Under the pieces are notes generated by a model. It did not search any database, was not told the DNA's origin, and was given only the letters and a program-made list of their open reading frames with translations. Both the position numbers and the translations under genes were made by a program. From NCBI GenBank assembly GCA_043814605.1, contig JBDRJV010000010.1, forward strand, positions 1,340 through 65,339: a DNA stretch of 64,000 nt, in the 5' to 3' direction. Origin of the DNA: Candidatus Omnitrophota bacterium. GTDB taxonomy: Bacteria; Omnitrophota; Gorgyraeia; B26-G9. Below are positions 61,387-64,000 of this stretch, in pieces (the first letter of the stretch is position 1; each line of letters begins with the position of its first letter).

Positions 61387-61624
61387 CACTAGTGTCCGGT
61401 TATAAGTTGAATAATTCTAGTTGGTTACAAGAATCAGTTAATTTGTTGTTGTATTCATAATCTGTAAGTAGTTGTAATATCGGCACTTTCTCAAAAATAG
61501 TAACACTAAAAATCTGTAAAATTGTGTAGAGATTTAACTTTATTTTTAGCTGTTTTTTGATAATTGCTATTAGCACATATATGGAAATAGCTATCCAAAT
61601 TTGGGTTTTCACCGCATTTTCTGA
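61387..61624 (-). mobile_element. IS4-family transposase 3' fragment with its terminal repeat
   Basis: SENAVKTQIWIAIS.Y.L.AIIKKQL...NQLELF; followed by AACCGGACACTAGTG end. Confidence 0.8.
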
Positions 61625-61698
61625 TTTATTTGAAAAAAGGAGGATATTCAGGTATACTTTAGTGCTTATTAACTAAAGGAAAAAAATAGGGAAAAAAA

Positions 61699-63183
61699 GT
61701 GAAACTCACAGTAAATACTACTTTTAGAATAATTGCTATCTTTATTATTGCAACATTTTTAACGTTAGATATTGCCTGGGCTTATCCAGTTAATATCCAT
61801 AAGGATAATCTTACTACTGAGTGTCTTTCTCCCAAAGTAGCAATATTTGCAGATAGTTTTTCTTTTGCATACAACAATTTTTACACCTTAAAAAGCAAAA
61901 CCAATATAGAACAATCCTCATTCCTTACAAACAAAAATCAGATACAGAGAAAAAATCCTATAAAAAGACTGGTTTTGAAAATAATCCCTTTATTATTAGT
62001 TTCCTCACTCATATCTGGAATTGTAATATTCTATTTTGTCCCTGTTCTGGATATTGCTGTCTTAACCAAAGTCACGGGAATACTTATTGCCATAAATATC
62101 GGCTACGCAATTATCACAACTAGGACATTAAAAAAAGAAGGCATATTAGAACAGGGTTTTCTAAAAAATCCTTGGTCTCGGGCTTTATTAGTAAATTTTT
62201 CCATAGTTTCTTTGTACATCTTATACTTAATCGAGCTTTGCAATTTTCATGCATTACAGAAATTAGGATACTATCCTCATGAGATCAAGTCTCAAGCCTT
62301 ATATACTCTTACCGAACTTCAAGTATCTAGCGGCCTAATCAAAAACTTTTATAGTGAAGAAAATCTAGTCAAAAGTGCGTTTGAAAAAGCAAAAGATGAT
62401 TATCCCTATAAAAGACACTTATACGATATTAATGAGGTATTTGAAACAAATCGCGCTAATTGTTTAGGAAAAGCACAACTAGTTTATTCTGAATTAAAAG
62501 CATTAGGGTTAAATGTTGATTTAGTTTATCAATATCCTTATCATTATTTTGTCTTAGTTCATTATTCTAACGGAAAATCTCAAATTATTGATTCAAGCAT
62601 GCAATGGTTAAGCCCTATTTTTATTTTCAATAAAGCATATAAACAAATCGATGACGGATACAGCAAATACCAAGGCAATCAAACAAAAAAAGAATTTAAC
62701 AAAGATTATCAATACATCAAAATTTTAAAAAATGAAAATCAATTAAAATCAACCAAGCACTTAGCTTTTATTTTCAACTTATTGTCCTCGGGCTGGGAAA
62801 ACAAAGATCGAGAAAAATTAGAAGAAGCTATCAAACTATTAAAATCAACAATATCACTAGAAGGAGAGTCATTTGAAACCAGAATGACCATGGGAAGAAT
62901 TTTTTGGAGATTAGGCGATAACAATAATGCACGCATACATTTTAAAAAAGCAGAAAAAATCAGCCCTTCTTATTTTGAAGATGCAGCAAAAGAAGACAAA
63001 ATAAATATCCCTGCTCTTCGAAGATTAATGGGAAAATACAAAAAAAAGAAAAAACAACAGGCAAGCAAAGCAGATGCAGCCGCAAAAGATGAACCTTTTA
63101 TCCTGCCAAGTAGTATAGTAATATTTAGTAGAAAACAACAAAACTTACTGACGAGTAATACTCTTATATTCCAAGCAATTTAA
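61699..63183 (+). CDS. Membrane protein: signal, TMs, transglutaminase-like domain, TPR; C-terminal QAI
   Basis: ANCLG...HYFVLV...IIDSS putative Cys-His-Asp triad; TPR-like helix pair near the C-terminus. Confidence 0.65.
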   Translation: MKLTVNTTFRIIAIFIIATFLTLDIAWAYPVNIHKDNLTTECLSPKVAIFADSFSFAYNNFYTLKSKTNIEQSSFLTNKNQIQRKNPIKRLVLKIIPLLLVSSLISGIVIFYFVPVLDIAVLTKVTGILIAINIGYAIITTRTLKKEGILEQGFLKNPWSRALLVNFSIVSLYILYLIELCNFHALQKLGYYPHEIKSQALYTLTELQVSSGLIKNFYSEENLVKSAFEKAKDDYPYKRHLYDINEVFETNRANCLGKAQLVYSELKALGLNVDLVYQYPYHYFVLVHYSNGKSQIIDSSMQWLSPIFIFNKAYKQIDDGYSKYQGNQTKKEFNKDYQYIKILKNENQLKSTKHLAFIFNLLSSGWENKDREKLEEAIKLLKSTISLEGESFETRMTMGRIFWRLGDNNNARIHFKKAEKISPSYFEDAAKEDKINIPALRRLMGKYKKKKKQQASKADAAAKDEPFILPSSIVIFSRKQQNLLTSNTLIFQAI

Positions 63184-63426
63184 TTTTAATACATGTTTAG
63201 CGAATATTTGTACATTAAAAAAATAGTTAATTATTCCAACATGCTTTACTTGATATAACTCTCAAAAACTCTATTACTTAACCGTATCTTATATTCCTCG
63301 ATTTCGCTCAGGATAAGTTTTTTCGCCGCCGCAATTTTGATAGAACTTGCCTAAAACTTTCCCTCGATATACAATATACCCGCTGTATAAATTAAAAATT
63401 TCAAATAATTTCAAATTACGAATTGC

Positions 63427-63465
63427 TTGACAAAATAATTTGTTATGGTAATTTATTACCATAAC
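63427..63465 (+). promoter_or_regulatory. Promoter with overlapping 11-bp inverted-repeat operator
   Basis: TTGACA at 63427, then GTTATGGTAAT-tt-ATTACCATAAC across the -10 region. Confidence 0.65.
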
Positions 63466-63477
63466 CATGGTGAAAAG

Positions 63478-64000
63478 ATGATATCCTTACGTTCAAAAGT
63501 GACAATAAAATTACTGGATTACTATTTTCTCAATCCTGAAGCGCAAGTCTACATTAATGAGCTGGCAAGGATTTTGGAACTTGATCCCAAGAATACTGAA
63601 ACCAAGCTTAAAGAGATGGAAAAAGAAGGCCTCTTTAAGAGCGAATTCCGCGGAAAACAAAGGTATTTTTTCCTTGCAAAAGATAATCCGGTTTTAAAGC
63701 ATTACCGTCAGATTTTCCTGAAAACCTACGGCATAGAAAAGAGGCTCAAAGACGCGTTAAGCGGTATTAAAGGGCTCAGGGAAGCGTACCTGTTTGGTTC
63801 ATACGCGAGCAATAAGATGGATTCTTCAAGCGACATCGATCTTTTAGCCATTGGCACGCATTCTGTTTTGGAATTACAAAGAGTCGCCACTAAATGGCAG
63901 AAAGATACGGGCCGGGAATTTAATGTAACAAACCTAAACTCGCAGGAATTTGCGGCAAAGAAAAAAGACAAGAACCATTTTATAAATAGCGTCTTTAAAA
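63478..64000 (+). CDS. Winged-helix plus minimal nucleotidyltransferase (MNT) protein, 3'-truncated by window
   Basis: Manual translation MISLRSK...YINELAR.L...LFGSYAS.....SDIDLLAIG (GS..DxD). Confidence 0.85.
   Translation, partial: MISLRSKVTIKLLDYYFLNPEAQVYINELARILELDPKNTETKLKEMEKEGLFKSEFRGKQRYFFLAKDNPVLKHYRQIFLKTYGIEKRLKDALSGIKGLREAYLFGSYASNKMDSSSDIDLLAIGTHSVLELQRVATKWQKDTGREFNVTNLNSQEFAAKKKDKNHFINSVFK

Noticed and set aside
218-63971. Numerous short antisense or alternate-frame ORFs within known genes (e.g. 8644-9144, 6058-6408, 58070-58426, 61100-61312, 63726-63971)
   Set aside because: Shadow ORFs of well-supported genes on the other strand or frame.

Overview
Low-GC bacterial chromosome segment. 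Gene content and protein style suggest a PVC-superphylum anaerobe such as Ca. Omnitrophota; this is an inference and was not tested. Most of the window is housekeeping: TonB/ExbD, T2SS/pilus pseudopilin genes, rsmD-coaD-pta-ackA-yceD-rpmF-plsX-fabDG-acpP-fabF, bcd-etfBA, smc, hemW, smpB-ssrA, amidase-murI-queDCEF, fumarate hydratase, rph-rdgB, an msbA-like ABC exporter, rpsB-tsf-pyrH-frr and three tRNAs. The most notable candidate system is a family of four otherwise unrelated multi-domain proteins (29832, 35161, 38072, 61699). They share an N-terminal signal ([KR]II[AS]..L.Q[AT]F... followed by L[AS]P) and a C-terminal [LI][IV]xQ[AS]I-COOH-type tail, and carry different enzymatic cargo. Three of them lie in tandem behind a TIKI/TraB-like protein and two copies of a covarying structured RNA with a C-rich loop. 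Other highlights are a glycogen-binding (AMPK-beta/CBM48-like) domain inserted in the SMC hinge region, a 35-aa tmRNA tag ending in VLF, a Y1 (RAYT-like) transposase bounded by 24-bp inverted repeats next to a truncated LuxR gene, and recurrent leaderless genes.
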